Below are positions 1 to 10,405 of a stretch of 64,000 nucleotides of DNA, one piece after another. How positions within the stretch are numbered: position 1 is the stretch's first letter; each line of letters starts with the position of its first letter. Below the pieces are notes generated by a model. That model had not been told where the DNA came from. It saw nothing but the letters and a program-made list of their open reading frames with translations, and ran no database searches. The DNA comes from an uncultured delta proteobacterium (GTDB taxonomy: Bacteria > Desulfobacterota > Desulfomonilia > UBA1062). Location of the stretch: positions 448,001 to 512,000 of the forward strand of contig CAWAUM010000005.1 in NCBI GenBank assembly GCA_963785235.1, read 5' to 3'. The position numbers were made by a program, and so were the translations under genes.

Positions 1-428
1 GAAGGTTGTATCCTTGAAAGGCCCAGTTCAGGACTCACGTCCATTATAAAGGTGAGGTCCGGCTCGATCCACGTCCCGGTATAATCCATGATTGCTTTTA
101 CCCTTTCATAGCCAAGCCCACCTACAATGCCCTGGTAGACCAGGGTGGAATCCACGAACCGGTCGATAATGATGATTGTCCCCTCTGCTAGGCCCGGTTC
201 TATGATCCTGGAGATGTTCTGAACCCGGGAAGCAAGGATCAAGAGGAGCTCGGTCATGACATCCAGGTCCTGTTTCAGAAAAAGATCCCTTATCTCTTCA
301 GAAAAAGAAGAGCCGCCGGGCTCTCTGAACGAAAGCCACGGCAGCCCTTTGCTTGTCAGGTAAGCGCCGAGAGAGGCAACATTGGTCGTCTTGCCTGCGC
401 CCTCCCCTCCCTCAAAGCTTATGATCAC
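1..428 (-). CDS. tmk: dTMP (thymidylate) kinase, runs off the left window edge; not in the ORF track
   Basis: Manual translation from GTG at 428 (GTGA overlap with the ppdK stop) gives [15 protein letters not shown] (P-loop), FREPGG and [12 protein letters not shown], all thymidylate kinase motifs. Confidence 0.93.
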   Translation of the reverse strand, partial: MIISFEGGEGAGKTTNVASLGAYLTSKGLPWLSFREPGGSSFSEEIRDLFLKQDLDVMTELLLILASRVQNISRIIEPGLAEGTIIIIDRFVDSTLVYQGIVGGLGYERVKAIMDYTGTWIEPDLTFIMDVSPELGLSRIQP

Positions 429-3100
429 TTCTTTTTCTTCTCGTCATTCATTGCTGCATGGGCTGCAGCTAGCCTGGCGATAGGCACACGATAAGGCGAG
501 CAGCTTACATAATTCATGCCGGCCTTGTGGCAGAATTCAATGGATGAAGGTTCTCCACCATGCTCGCCGCATATTCCCACCTTAAGTTTTTTACGTGTCT
601 TTCTGCCCTTTTCGATGCCGATGCGAACCAACTCGCCCACACCATCCTGGTCAAGGGCCTGGAACGGATCAATGGGCAGGATCTTTTTTTCAACATAATC
701 AGGCAGGAACTTCCCTGCATCATCACGGGAAAGGCCAAAGGTGGTCTGGGTGAGATCGTTGGTGCCAAAAGAGAAAAACTCGGCATGCTCGGCGATCTTG
801 TCGGCAGTGAGAGCCGCCCTGGGCAGTTCGATCATGGTGCCCACCATATAGCTGAGTTTAACATTATACGATTTGATAATCTCATCCGCAACCTGGACGG
901 TCATGTTCTTCAGTATCTCCAGCTCTTTGACATGGCCTACAAGCGGGATCATGATCTCGGGCAGAACATCGATCTTTTCCTTTTTCACCTCACAGGCAGC
1001 CTCAATAATGGCCCTTACCTGCATCTCATATATCTCGGGGAAGGTTATACCGAGCCTGCAGCCCCTGTGCCCCAGCATTGGATTAGCTTCGTGGAGGGAA
1101 TCCCGCTTTGCCTTAACCTCATCAACCGGTTTTTTAAGTGCCTTGGCCACCTGGGCGATCTCGGCATCGGTATGCGGCAGGAACTCGTGCAGCGGCGGGT
1201 CAAGAAGCCGGATGGTGACCGGAAGGCCATCCATGACCCTGAAGATCTCTTTGAAGTCTCCCTTCTGCATGGGCTTGATCTTCTCGAGGGCCTTTCTGCG
1301 GCCTTTTTCGTCATTTGCCAGGATCATCTCGCGCACTGCCAGTATCCTGTCCTCCTCGAAGAACATATGCTCAGTGCGGCACAGACCGATACCCTCTGCG
1401 CCGAATTCTCTTGCCACCTTTGCGTCTTTGGGCGTGTCTGCATTGGTGCGGACCCCGAGCTTGCGGTATTCATCAGTCCACTTCATCAGCGTCCCGAAGG
1501 CACCCGAGAGCGAAGGCGGGATGGTCTTGCATTCACCTAAAATAACCTCTCCCTTGGTACCATCCAAAGAAATGACATCACCCTTCTTGACGCTCTGGCC
1601 ACCCAGGGTGAACTTCTGCTTGGCATAGTCCACGACCAGGTCCTGAACTCCGGATACACAGCATTTGCCCATACCGCGGGCAACAACAGCAGCATGTGAG
1701 GTCATGCCTCCGCGTGCCGTAAGGATGCCCTGGGCTACATTCATGCCGTGGATGTCTTCGGGTGAGGTCTCGACGCGGACCAGGATCACCTTCTTTCCCT
1801 TCTTCACCTCAACCTCGGCATCTTCCGCAGAGAAGACTACATTTCCTACGGCTGCGCCGGGTGAAGCAGGCAGACCCTTGCCTAGGATCTTCTTCTTGGC
1901 CTTGGGATCGATCTGCGGGTGCAGAAGCTGGTCGATCTGCTCAGGATTTACCCTCTGATGCACAGCCTCCTTTTTTGTAATGAGGCCCTCATTCACCATA
2001 TCAACAGCAATCTGTACGGCAGCGGCAGCAGTGCGTTTGCCGTTCCTGGTCTGGAGCATCCAGAGGTTCCCTTCCTGGACCGTGAACTCAATGTCCTGCA
2101 TGTCGCGATAATGCTTTTCCAGATTCTCATATATGTCCACGAGCTGATGGTACTGCTCGGACAGGGCCTCTTCCATGGATACGTCTGATTTGCTCCTCTT
2201 CCCCTTGATATTGATAGGCTGGGGAGTCCGTATACCGGCCACCACGTCCTCGCCCTGGGCGTTCTTCAGGTACTCTCCATAGAAAACATGTTCGCCTGTA
2301 GCCGGATCACGGGTGAATGCCACGCCTGTTGCAGAGCTTTCTCCCATATTGCCGAAAACCATGGCCTGGCAGTTCACGGCCGTGCCCCATTCATCAGGGA
2401 TGTTGTTAAGCTTACGGTATGTGATGGCGCGCGGTGTGTTCCATGACTTGAACACGGCTTCAATGCCGCCCCAGATCTGGTCCATGGGGTCTGAAGGAAG
2501 CTCCATGCCAGTGAGCTTTTTCACTTTTTCTTTCATGGTTTGAACAAGTTTTTTCAGGTCCTTGGCATCGAGTTCCGTATCGAGCCTTACCCCCTTTTTC
2601 TTTTTCATCTTTTCAAGCTCTTCTTCCAGCTCATCTGAGTCGGCACCCATGACCACGTCCGAGTACATCTGGATAAAGCGCCTGTAGCAATCCCATGCGA
2701 AACGTTCGTTGCCGCTCATCTTGATAAGGCCGTGAACGGTTTCGTCGTTGATGCCGAGGTTCAGCACGGTATCCATCATACCCGGCATGGATGCCCTGGC
2801 GCCTGAACGGACAGAAAACAACAGCGGGGCCTCTGTATCGCCAAAACCGAATCCCATTGACCTTTCAACCTTTTTAATGGCTTCCTTTACCTGGGTCTTT
2901 AAGTCTTTCGGAAGCCCATGCGTTTCGTAATACACAGTGCACATGTCGGTAGAAATCGTGAATCCTGGCGGAACAGGTATTCCAAGATTGGTCATTTCAG
3001 CGAGATTGGCCCCTTTTCCTCCAAGGACGGCCTTCATGTCAGCATTACCCTCAGCCTTGGTTCCCCTGCCCCCAAAGAGATAAACATACTTTTTTGCCAT
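425..3100 (-). CDS. ppdK: Pyruvate, phosphate dikinase
   Basis: 891 aa with [38 protein letters not shown] (phospho-His) and [10 protein letters not shown]. Confidence 0.98.
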   Translation of the reverse strand: MAKKYVYLFGGRGTKAEGNADMKAVLGGKGANLAEMTNLGIPVPPGFTISTDMCTVYYETHGLPKDLKTQVKEAIKKVERSMGFGFGDTEAPLLFSVRSGARASMPGMMDTVLNLGINDETVHGLIKMSGNERFAWDCYRRFIQMYSDVVMGADSDELEEELEKMKKKKGVRLDTELDAKDLKKLVQTMKEKVKKLTGMELPSDPMDQIWGGIEAVFKSWNTPRAITYRKLNNIPDEWGTAVNCQAMVFGNMGESSATGVAFTRDPATGEHVFYGEYLKNAQGEDVVAGIRTPQPINIKGKRSKSDVSMEEALSEQYHQLVDIYENLEKHYRDMQDIEFTVQEGNLWMLQTRNGKRTAAAAVQIAVDMVNEGLITKKEAVHQRVNPEQIDQLLHPQIDPKAKKKILGKGLPASPGAAVGNVVFSAEDAEVEVKKGKKVILVRVETSPEDIHGMNVAQGILTARGGMTSHAAVVARGMGKCCVSGVQDLVVDYAKQKFTLGGQSVKKGDVISLDGTKGEVILGECKTIPPSLSGAFGTLMKWTDEYRKLGVRTNADTPKDAKVAREFGAEGIGLCRTEHMFFEEDRILAVREMILANDEKGRRKALEKIKPMQKGDFKEIFRVMDGLPVTIRLLDPPLHEFLPHTDAEIAQVAKALKKPVDEVKAKRDSLHEANPMLGHRGCRLGITFPEIYEMQVRAIIEAACEVKKEKIDVLPEIMIPLVGHVKELEILKNMTVQVADEIIKSYNVKLSYMVGTMIELPRAALTADKIAEHAEFFSFGTNDLTQTTFGLSRDDAGKFLPDYVEKKILPIDPFQALDQDGVGELVRIGIEKGRKTRKKLKVGICGEHGGEPSSIEFCHKAGMNYVSCSPYRVPIARLAAAHAAMNDEKKKK

Positions 3101-3262
3101 GAGAAGTCTCCCTTTTCATCAGATACTGATATTCGGTTGAAGCTTGTAAACGATAGTATAAATAAAGAGTTCTGTTCAAGTGAAAAATGGTGTCCAAGGG
3201 CTTATTCTTTCAAGACCAGCGTAACTTTGAAGTCATATTCGTTTTACTACTTTTCTATGGAA

Positions 3263-4600
3263 TTAAGTACTCTTGAGTATCGACCTTGCTGCGATAATCC
3301 CGGAGCAGCTCGCCTGGATGAGGCCCCTGGTTATGCCTGCGCCATCGCCTATGATATAGAGGCCATGGATATGTGACATGAGGTTGCTGTCAAGCTTGGT
3401 TCTGTTGGAGTAGAACTTGACCTCGATACCATAGAGCAGGGTGTGTGCAGAGTTTACCCCCGGGGCCACACGATCCAGGCTCGAGAGCATCTCGGCTATG
3501 TCCGTCAGTATCCGATAGGGCAGGCAATAGCTCAGATCGCCGGGTGTGGCCTGCTTCAAGGTGGGTCTGGTTGAGCATTTTCCTAGCCTCTCCGGGGTAG
3601 TCCGCCTGCCGCCGAGAAGGTCTCCCAGCCTTTGCACGATTGCCCCCTTGCCGAGCATGTTGGCGAGCTTGGCCACTGATTCGCCATATCCGATGGGGTC
3701 GTCGAAAGGTTCTGTGAAATCGGCGCTCACAAGCAAGGCAAAGTTCGTGTTTTCCGTGCGCTTTGAAGCCCAGGAATGGCCGTTGACCGTAACGATATCA
3801 CCCAGGGTCTCGATAACTACCTCTCCATAGGGATTCATGCAAAAGGTCCGGACTTTATCATCGAAAGTACGGGAATAGTAGACGAATTTAGTCTCATAGG
3901 CCCTGCAGGTAAGATGTTCCATGATCACTGCAGGGAGCTCGACACGCACACCCAGGTCTACAGGGTTCGGGTGTGTTTCGAGTCCGAGACGCTTGGCCTG
4001 GTGAGACATCCAGGACGAACCCACCCGGCCTGGTGCTGCAATGACTTGGGGAGTTTTTATAATTGCTCCATCAGACAACCTCACTCCTATAACCTCAAGG
4101 TCATTCGTAAGGATTTCTTCAACATGTGTATTGAATATCATATCGACCTTGCCATCGAGGTAAAGCCTTAAGTTTTCAAGGGTGACCAACAGGTTTTCCG
4201 TGCCGATGTGCCTTATCTTTGTGGGGATATATACCAGGCCAGCAAGCCGGGCCTGTGCCGATATTTTCTCTGACTCATCATTCTCCAAGGCAAACAGGTC
4301 ACTTGAAGGCGCGTACCGGGTATACAGTTCGTCAACGTATTCGAGCATCTTGAAAAGTTCATCATCGGAGATGAAGTTTGAGAGCCGGCCCCCTACATCG
4401 GTTGATATGGTGAGCTTCCCATCGCTGTATGCCCCTGCCCCTCCCCATCCCACGAGCATCTCTTTGCCGGTTCTTGACCTTTTATGGATATCGTTGCCCT
4501 GCTCTATGATGACAATCTTCATCCCTGGATCCGTCTCTATAAGCTCGAGAGCTGCAAAAATACCGGCAGGCCCGGCACCGATAATGACAACATCAGCCAT
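3263..4600 (-). CDS. FAD/NAD(P)-dependent oxidoreductase of an uncharacterised dehydrogenase family
   Basis: N-terminal GAGPAG Rossmann motif, GWGGAGAYSDGKL, VRTFCMNPYG and C-terminal GDGAGITRG. Confidence 0.8.
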   Translation of the reverse strand: MADVVIIGAGPAGIFAALELIETDPGMKIVIIEQGNDIHKRSRTGKEMLVGWGGAGAYSDGKLTISTDVGGRLSNFISDDELFKMLEYVDELYTRYAPSSDLFALENDESEKISAQARLAGLVYIPTKIRHIGTENLLVTLENLRLYLDGKVDMIFNTHVEEILTNDLEVIGVRLSDGAIIKTPQVIAAPGRVGSSWMSHQAKRLGLETHPNPVDLGVRVELPAVIMEHLTCRAYETKFVYYSRTFDDKVRTFCMNPYGEVVIETLGDIVTVNGHSWASKRTENTNFALLVSADFTEPFDDPIGYGESVAKLANMLGKGAIVQRLGDLLGGRRTTPERLGKCSTRPTLKQATPGDLSYCLPYRILTDIAEMLSSLDRVAPGVNSAHTLLYGIEVKFYSNRTKLDSNLMSHIHGLYIIGDGAGITRGLIQASCSGIIAARSILKST

Positions 4601-5678
4601 AGGTCTTCCTTCTTTTCATCATGAAAAAAATCCCGGCGGCCAGCATGACTATGTCAGTTGACCAGGCGGCTAATGCAGGGTTCATAAATCCGGAAATGCC
4701 TACATTTGTCATAGCGGAATGAATGGCCCAGTAGAACAGGCCAAGGATGATTCCTATGGATATGCCGCGTGCAATGCCCCCGGCCCTGGGAAACCTTAAC
4801 CCAAAGGGCAGGACGAGTATGGTCATAATAAGAGGGGCCATGGTGAAACTGATACGGCTGTGGAATTGGGTTTCAAGGCTCACTGATTTGATCCCGTCTT
4901 CCTGGAGGTGCGCCCGGTATTCCATCAACTCCAGAAGAGAGAGGACCTCCGGCTTTGGTTGAGCCATTGCCAGATCGCTTGGTTCCTGCTTAAGAGGCAA
5001 CGAGGAAACGGATTGTGAGAAGGAAATCCCGGACGTGGACATCCCTATGGTATCCAACATATTCGTATTCCATTGCCTGCCGTCCCAGGCTGCATAGTCA
5101 GATCTTAAGATTGCATAGAGCTTGCCGGACTTAGTCCTGTAACAGGAGACATTGCGCATGATGCCTTTCGAAATATCCAGGTGTTCAACATAATATATAT
5201 CGTTACCTACAATGAATCTCCCGCCATTTACAGAAAAAGACCCCGTGATGTCATGCTTTTTTATATATATATCCTCTATCTTATCTGCATGTTGCTGAGA
5301 TACTGGATATACTGAGAAGGAAAGGAAAGACATGATAAACACTGCCCCTAATCCTACTAAGATATAGGGTAGTGATAGTCTAAGGAATGAGACAGAGCAT
5401 GACTGCATGGCAATGGTCTCTACATGTCGAGAGAATTGGGCCTGTGTTGCAACAATGCCGACGCATATGGAAAAAGGAAGTACATAATAGATCATTCGAG
5501 GAAGTGAGAAAAAAAGATATTGCATAATTATCGACCCGGAGGCGTTGTGTTGGGAAAAGGAGTTCAAATTTCCGAAGATTGTTGAGAGAAAAACAAGCAG
5601 AGTCAGACTCAAGCACGCTGCACCACACATGGATGATGCCTTTTTTAAAATATAATTACTAAGTGTACTAATAATCAG
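4593..5678 (-). CDS. lptG: LPS export ABC transporter permease LptG; track ORF starts at 5630, frame is open to 5678
   Basis: ETIAMQSCSVS motif, six-TM layout and LAAWSTD end; tandem with lptF. Start codon uncertain. Confidence 0.8.
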   Translation of the reverse strand: MIISTLSNYILKKASSMCGAACLSLTLLVFLSTIFGNLNSFSQHNASGSIIMQYLFFSLPRMIYYVLPFSICVGIVATQAQFSRHVETIAMQSCSVSFLRLSLPYILVGLGAVFIMSFLSFSVYPVSQQHADKIEDIYIKKHDITGSFSVNGGRFIVGNDIYYVEHLDISKGIMRNVSCYRTKSGKLYAILRSDYAAWDGRQWNTNMLDTIGMSTSGISFSQSVSSLPLKQEPSDLAMAQPKPEVLSLLELMEYRAHLQEDGIKSVSLETQFHSRISFTMAPLIMTILVLPFGLRFPRAGGIARGISIGIILGLFYWAIHSAMTNVGISGFMNPALAAWSTDIVMLAAGIFFMMKRRKTYG

Positions 5679-6730
5679 ATCCCTCCCTCGCTTAACCGCA
5701 GCTTTCTAGCAAGCAGGACAGTGCATAGCAGTAAACAAAAAACTATATCAGGAAGCCATGCCCCCAGGAGTGGAGCCATAACATGAGCCCTGACCAATCT
5801 ATCTGCTACGGTAAACAGAAAATAATAGCCTACGATGGTGCCGATGCCTATGATGAAACCGGTATGTCTGGGTGATCGGGGCCTGACAATGCCAAAACTG
5901 ATCCCGACAAAACCTAGGATCAAGTCCAATACAGGAAAAGAGATTCGATTATAGTATTCCTTTATCCTTTGGGGGTCCGGTTTTTCCTTTATGAGTTTTC
6001 TGAACTCGGCCTGGGTGGCTGAATCGTAGGATTTTATCCTGAGTTTCTTTGTAAAGTCGGCATCGAGAGAGAACCTGTATTCATCAAACGTCAGATAACG
6101 GTCTGCAATCTTTGTTTTCATAAAAATACTTCCCTTTTTCAGCTTCATGATGATGGAGTTCTTATTCACCTCAATGGTTCCTCTTTCTGAGGTTATCACA
6201 GATCTTTCGTTACCGGATGTCTCGATGAACACGTTCTTGAATTCCTTCTCCTTTGGGTTTACCGACTCCACATATACAATCAGACCCTTGAATGAGTCAT
6301 CAAACTCGCGTTCTTTCAAGAAGGAAAATATCTTTTGCGAAGCACTCTGCAAAAGCCTTGTTTGTACTGTTTTCATAGCCATAGGACCGAGGTTTGTGGA
6401 AATGAGCATATGGAGAAGCATGGCGGAAAAAGACAATAAAATAACAGGTAAGTATATGGTAAGTGACTTCACGCCGCATGCTTTCATTGCTATGATCTCG
6501 GATTCTACCGATAACTTTTCAAGGACAATCAAGATAGTGAAGAGAAGCCCCATGGGAATCACAAAAGACGACAAGGGAACCATTGCAAGCAGCAGCACAT
6601 CCATATCACTTATACTAAGGGCCTTGCCCAACGTAATCCATTGAATGATCAGCATCACGCCGAACAAGACAGCGATCGTGGCGCCAAAGACCTCAACCAG
6701 AGATAGAAAGATGTATCTTTTAATCCGCAT
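5675..6730 (-). CDS. lptF: LPS export ABC transporter permease LptF
   Basis: MRIKRYI start, LSVESEIIAMKACGV motif and LGAWLPD end. Confidence 0.85.
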   Translation of the reverse strand: MRIKRYIFLSLVEVFGATIAVLFGVMLIIQWITLGKALSISDMDVLLLAMVPLSSFVIPMGLLFTILIVLEKLSVESEIIAMKACGVKSLTIYLPVILLSFSAMLLHMLISTNLGPMAMKTVQTRLLQSASQKIFSFLKEREFDDSFKGLIVYVESVNPKEKEFKNVFIETSGNERSVITSERGTIEVNKNSIIMKLKKGSIFMKTKIADRYLTFDEYRFSLDADFTKKLRIKSYDSATQAEFRKLIKEKPDPQRIKEYYNRISFPVLDLILGFVGISFGIVRPRSPRHTGFIIGIGTIVGYYFLFTVADRLVRAHVMAPLLGAWLPDIVFCLLLCTVLLARKLRLSEGGI

Positions 6731-6742
6731 AACTCTTTTAAG

Positions 6743-6772
6743 ATTATACGCATGGATGACAACGGTTGTCTA
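6743..6772 (-). promoter_or_regulatory. Putative sigma70 promoter for lptF (TAGACA-N18-TATAAT)
   Basis: Reverse strand has TAGACA at 6772-6767 and TATAAT at 6748-6743, 12 nt before the ATG at 6730. Confidence 0.5.
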
Positions 6773-6813
6773 CAACAGCAGATCAAGACAGTACTTGCGT
6801 CATGCCCAAAAGA

Positions 6814-6842
6814 TTGACACCATGGGAAGAAAATTGTATGGT
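6814..6842 (+). promoter_or_regulatory. Putative sigma70 promoter for the OmpA/MotB-like gene (TTGACA-N17-TATGGT)
   Basis: TTGACA at 6814-6819 and TATGGT at 6837-6842; ATG at 6853. Confidence 0.5.
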
Positions 6843-6852
6843 CTTTTCACAA

Positions 6853-7650
6853 ATGAAGAGATTTTTTAGCCTTTTTATCGTTATTCCCTTGTTTCTTATT
6901 GCTGGAGGGTGTGCATACCGACATACAACCCAAGAGTACACAGACCTTCAATCTGAACTGGATGCCGGCAAGAAACTCTATGCGACATGTGAGTCTGACA
7001 AAAAACGTCTGGATAAGGAGCTTGATGAAGCCCGCAGAAATCTTGAAAAGGCATCAACAGACATCACTTCGGGTTATTCCAATAAGCAGGAACTCCTTGA
7101 TAAAAACATCACTTGTATGGAGGAAAATAAGGCCCTCCTCAAACAGATTTCACGGTTAAAGATCCTGCTTCAGGAAAAGAAGGATGCCCAGGGGAGGCTG
7201 GAGCGCGCAAATAATTATCTTACAAGTTTTTTTGCAGCAGAGCGCATGAATGACCATCTCTATATTGTTAAGGCAGAAGATGCAGTGAAGATTATCATTC
7301 CCCAGAAGGTCCTCTTTCCTACTCCTTTCAGTGCCTGGCTGATGCCCAAGGGGGTATCCATTATTAAGAAGATTGCTAAAGGGCTCGATGAATTCAAACC
7401 CATGTATGTCGAGGTTGCCGGTCACACGGATAAAACGGCCATACCGAAGCAGTCATTAAAGACGTATCCCACACAATGGGACCTTTCACATGCCCGGGCT
7501 GTTTCAGTTCTACTTGTGCTTGAGAGTCTGGGCATTAAAAAAGATAAGCTTTCAGTTATTTCCTATGGAGACACCCGGCCAATAGCTGATCCCGATACTG
7601 AGGAAGGCAAGGCCATGAACCGAAGGGTGGAGATCATTGTTACACCCTGA
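6853..7650 (+). CDS. OmpA/MotB-family peptidoglycan-binding lipoprotein with coiled coil
   Basis: Start at 6853 gives the signal peptide MKRFFSLFIVIPLFLIAGG-C (lipobox). C-terminal VAGHTD, WDLSHARA..V, YGDTRP and NRRVEI. Confidence 0.85.
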   Translation: MKRFFSLFIVIPLFLIAGGCAYRHTTQEYTDLQSELDAGKKLYATCESDKKRLDKELDEARRNLEKASTDITSGYSNKQELLDKNITCMEENKALLKQISRLKILLQEKKDAQGRLERANNYLTSFFAAERMNDHLYIVKAEDAVKIIIPQKVLFPTPFSAWLMPKGVSIIKKIAKGLDEFKPMYVEVAGHTDKTAIPKQSLKTYPTQWDLSHARAVSVLLVLESLGIKKDKLSVISYGDTRPIADPDTEEGKAMNRRVEIIVTP

Positions 7651-7653
7651 TTC

Positions 7654-9549
7654 TTAAGGCATCGGGGTATTCCTGATCCTCTTGAGCATCAGTCTTGTGT
7701 GCCCCTGAATATCTATCCCATTATCACCAAATCTCCAGGACAGATATATGGTAAGGTAATGCTCGAAGTGGGGAGTTAAGGAAGGCCAGTTCTCTGAGAT
7801 AACCCTGAGGTGTTCTTCATGTGTGCTGTTCTCCGGCATAACAAGGCCTTTTCCGGCCATAAGCCTGAGAATCTTTTCGTATGGAGGAACGTACCTGCGC
7901 CTGATGATCCGGTACAGGGCCCAGCCGCACAAACCAGAAACAAACAGCAATATGGCATATTTTGCCATGGATTCTAATTGTGAAGTTATTCGGGGTGCCG
8001 TGGTGAAGAGACTGGTGGCGAAGTTTATCTGATCATCAAGTGAGTACTGGATTACCCACCTGATCCAGCGGAACCGGAGCTCATCGATAATATGGAATCG
8101 TATACCTGGGGCTTGACGAGATGAAGGGGTTGCATCGATTACGATCCAGGTTTTGTCAAAATATTCTACCCAGGCATGGGCATCAGAGGCCCGGACAATG
8201 AAATAATCACCGCTTTCGTTGTATTCCGTCACGAGAAAACCTGTGACCACCCGGGCAGGTATACCGCATGAGCGTATCATGGCAGCAAGTGCCGATGCAA
8301 AATGCTCGCAGCTCCCTTTCCTGTGCGTCAGCACAAACCACTCTATTCCATGTCTTCCGGGTGGTATCTTCTGTTTTTCGAGTGTATATGTACATGTTTT
8401 CATCAGAAAACGCTCAATTCGATGAACCCGCAAAGCAGGTTCTCCCTGCCCTGCAACGTGAATCGCAAGATCTCGGACATGTGAGAGCTCATGGGGTATC
8501 TCACTACTGCCGGGATATCCCAGTCCGGCCACACGGCTTACCCAAACATCGTATACGGCAGGTGGTTCACTGCCCCAGTAAAGGTTCGTACCCCTGAACA
8601 TACACAATTTTGGCAGAACAGCGTGCACCCAGAACGGGAAAAATACATTTTCCGAGTTGAGGGCTGTAGAGTATATGGTCAGCCTATCAGTAAAGCTGCT
8701 GGAAACCGGCGCTACAGAACCTCGGGATTCCTGCCTGAAAAAACCATCAGGGGAGATGCCTTCAAGCCTTGCGCCTGAAAGATAGAACTTTTTCGGGGGC
8801 CTTCCTGATGACCACACCACCCTCAGTACAACCGTCCGGTTTTGACCGGATCGTCCGGAATCCTTCAAGTCAACATTTTCTGCAAAAGAAATCTTTCCCC
8901 GCTGTGAAAGGCCATGTTTGATTAATGATGATGCAGGCCTCGGAAGCAGATAGAACAAAAGGCATGAAGTAAGGATGATACCCATAGAGACCTTGAGCCA
9001 GTGCAGAGGCTTTTCAAACCAAAGTGCCCGGCGAAAGGAAAAGGACTCGGCATCCAGCGCGTACAGGGTCATAGGGATAAGGAATACCATGAGCACAAGG
9101 CCGACGAGGAACAGGGGGCTAACGGTGAAGATTGTTGCCAGCAGACACTGGGCAAAGGAGATTCCGACGATCTGATAGATCTCGCGCGGTGTCTTTTTCA
9201 TGAGGAGTCTTATGAGTGCAAGTACAAGGATCAAATCCCTGACTGCGGAAACGACAGCAGATCTTCCCATGTTGTTAATCTGGAATATTTCAAAGGCGAA
9301 GACACCGGTAATGATGGCTAATGCGCTCCAGGGACCGATCAGTTCACGGTCGAAATAGCTTAGCAGGATTATGACATGCACGAGTGCAAGGATAATAAAA
9401 AGAGGCCATGGCAGGAGTTCGGAAAGGCCCAGGCAGAACATCCCGGCCACGGAAATTCCAATAGTAAGGATTTTGATCTTCTCAGATGTATATGATCCGG
9501 GCATCGGAGGGTATGACCTCTGGTGATGGCTGATGTATATCCTGGGCAA
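7654..9549 (-). CDS. Membrane transglutaminase-like protein (DUF3488 + transglutaminase core, TgpA-like)
   Basis: Multi-TM N-terminus, GSCEHFASA (Cys), GIPARVVTGF, AHAWVEY and DATP. True start may be ~9504. Confidence 0.88.
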   Translation of the reverse strand: MPRIYISHHQRSYPPMPGSYTSEKIKILTIGISVAGMFCLGLSELLPWPLFIILALVHVIILLSYFDRELIGPWSALAIITGVFAFEIFQINNMGRSAVVSAVRDLILVLALIRLLMKKTPREIYQIVGISFAQCLLATIFTVSPLFLVGLVLMVFLIPMTLYALDAESFSFRRALWFEKPLHWLKVSMGIILTSCLLFYLLPRPASSLIKHGLSQRGKISFAENVDLKDSGRSGQNRTVVLRVVWSSGRPPKKFYLSGARLEGISPDGFFRQESRGSVAPVSSSFTDRLTIYSTALNSENVFFPFWVHAVLPKLCMFRGTNLYWGSEPPAVYDVWVSRVAGLGYPGSSEIPHELSHVRDLAIHVAGQGEPALRVHRIERFLMKTCTYTLEKQKIPPGRHGIEWFVLTHRKGSCEHFASALAAMIRSCGIPARVVTGFLVTEYNESGDYFIVRASDAHAWVEYFDKTWIVIDATPSSRQAPGIRFHIIDELRFRWIRWVIQYSLDDQINFATSLFTTAPRITSQLESMAKYAILLFVSGLCGWALYRIIRRRYVPPYEKILRLMAGKGLVMPENSTHEEHLRVISENWPSLTPHFEHYLTIYLSWRFGDNGIDIQGHTRLMLKRIRNTPMP

Positions 9550-10405
9550 GGGCGAGATGCTTGAAGATATCGATTTTATGGGCGCGTGAAGATCCTATTC
9601 CGCTGTACAATCCATTCAGGACAAGCCCAAAGGGATTACCCATGCGGTGCAGTTCGGATATTAAGTAGGTGGCCCAAGATAATTTCTGCTCCAGGTAAGG
9701 CCCAGGCATCAGAACTACCACGCCGCTCATACCCGCGCCTCCCTCAAAGACCCGCGAAATGAGCCCATGGTGCTGCTTCTTCCATACTACCATTGAGAGC
9801 GGATCACCAGGCACATAGGGACGTACATGCGAGATGGAATCCTTGGCCTTGCCGCCCCCGGAGTCGACTGTTCCGGATGTAAAAGAAGGGTTGCATACCA
9901 GGGGTTCAGGAAAGACCAGTATCTCCTTTTGAACCGGGAATGTAATGGATTTTTCAAAGAGACCATAGGGGTATGTGGTAAATATCGTTATAGTTCCCAG
10001 TTGAACCTTACCCCTCATGGGTAGTGTTAAGTCTGCATACAAGACCTGTGTCTCCTGGCGCCCGAGCTTTTCGACCCTGACCAGTGAAAAATCTTTCAAA
10101 ACAAGACGGCCTGATTCATTCCTTGGGTTTCTTATCAGGTATCCCATTTTAAAAGGAATAGCTGCAAAGATCTCAGAGGGCAGCACCCTGTTGACTTCAA
10201 GATAGCGGAGGTTCATCTCGGACTCGATGCCCGAGACGATCATAAACGCCATCATCGCTGCAAGCACGAGGTAAAGGAGGTTATTTCCGGTTATCATGGC
10301 AATGACGATAAGGCTAAAAAGGAAGCCGAAGAAGATCTTACCCGGCTTCGTGAGTCTGAAGCCCCGGGGAGGCTTCAGGTATTTAAATAGGGATCTTAAC
10401 CTCAT
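9482..10405 (-). CDS. DUF58-domain protein
   Basis: TGNNLLYL, TTYPYGLF and VRPYVPGDPLSMVVWK; lies between moxR and the transglutaminase. Start placed at ATG 10405 (track 10495). Confidence 0.85.
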   Translation of the reverse strand: MRLRSLFKYLKPPRGFRLTKPGKIFFGFLFSLIVIAMITGNNLLYLVLAAMMAFMIVSGIESEMNLRYLEVNRVLPSEIFAAIPFKMGYLIRNPRNESGRLVLKDFSLVRVEKLGRQETQVLYADLTLPMRGKVQLGTITIFTTYPYGLFEKSITFPVQKEILVFPEPLVCNPSFTSGTVDSGGGKAKDSISHVRPYVPGDPLSMVVWKKQHHGLISRVFEGGAGMSGVVVLMPGPYLEQKLSWATYLISELHRMGNPFGLVLNGLYSGIGSSRAHKIDIFKHLALAQDIHQPSPEVIPSDARIIYI

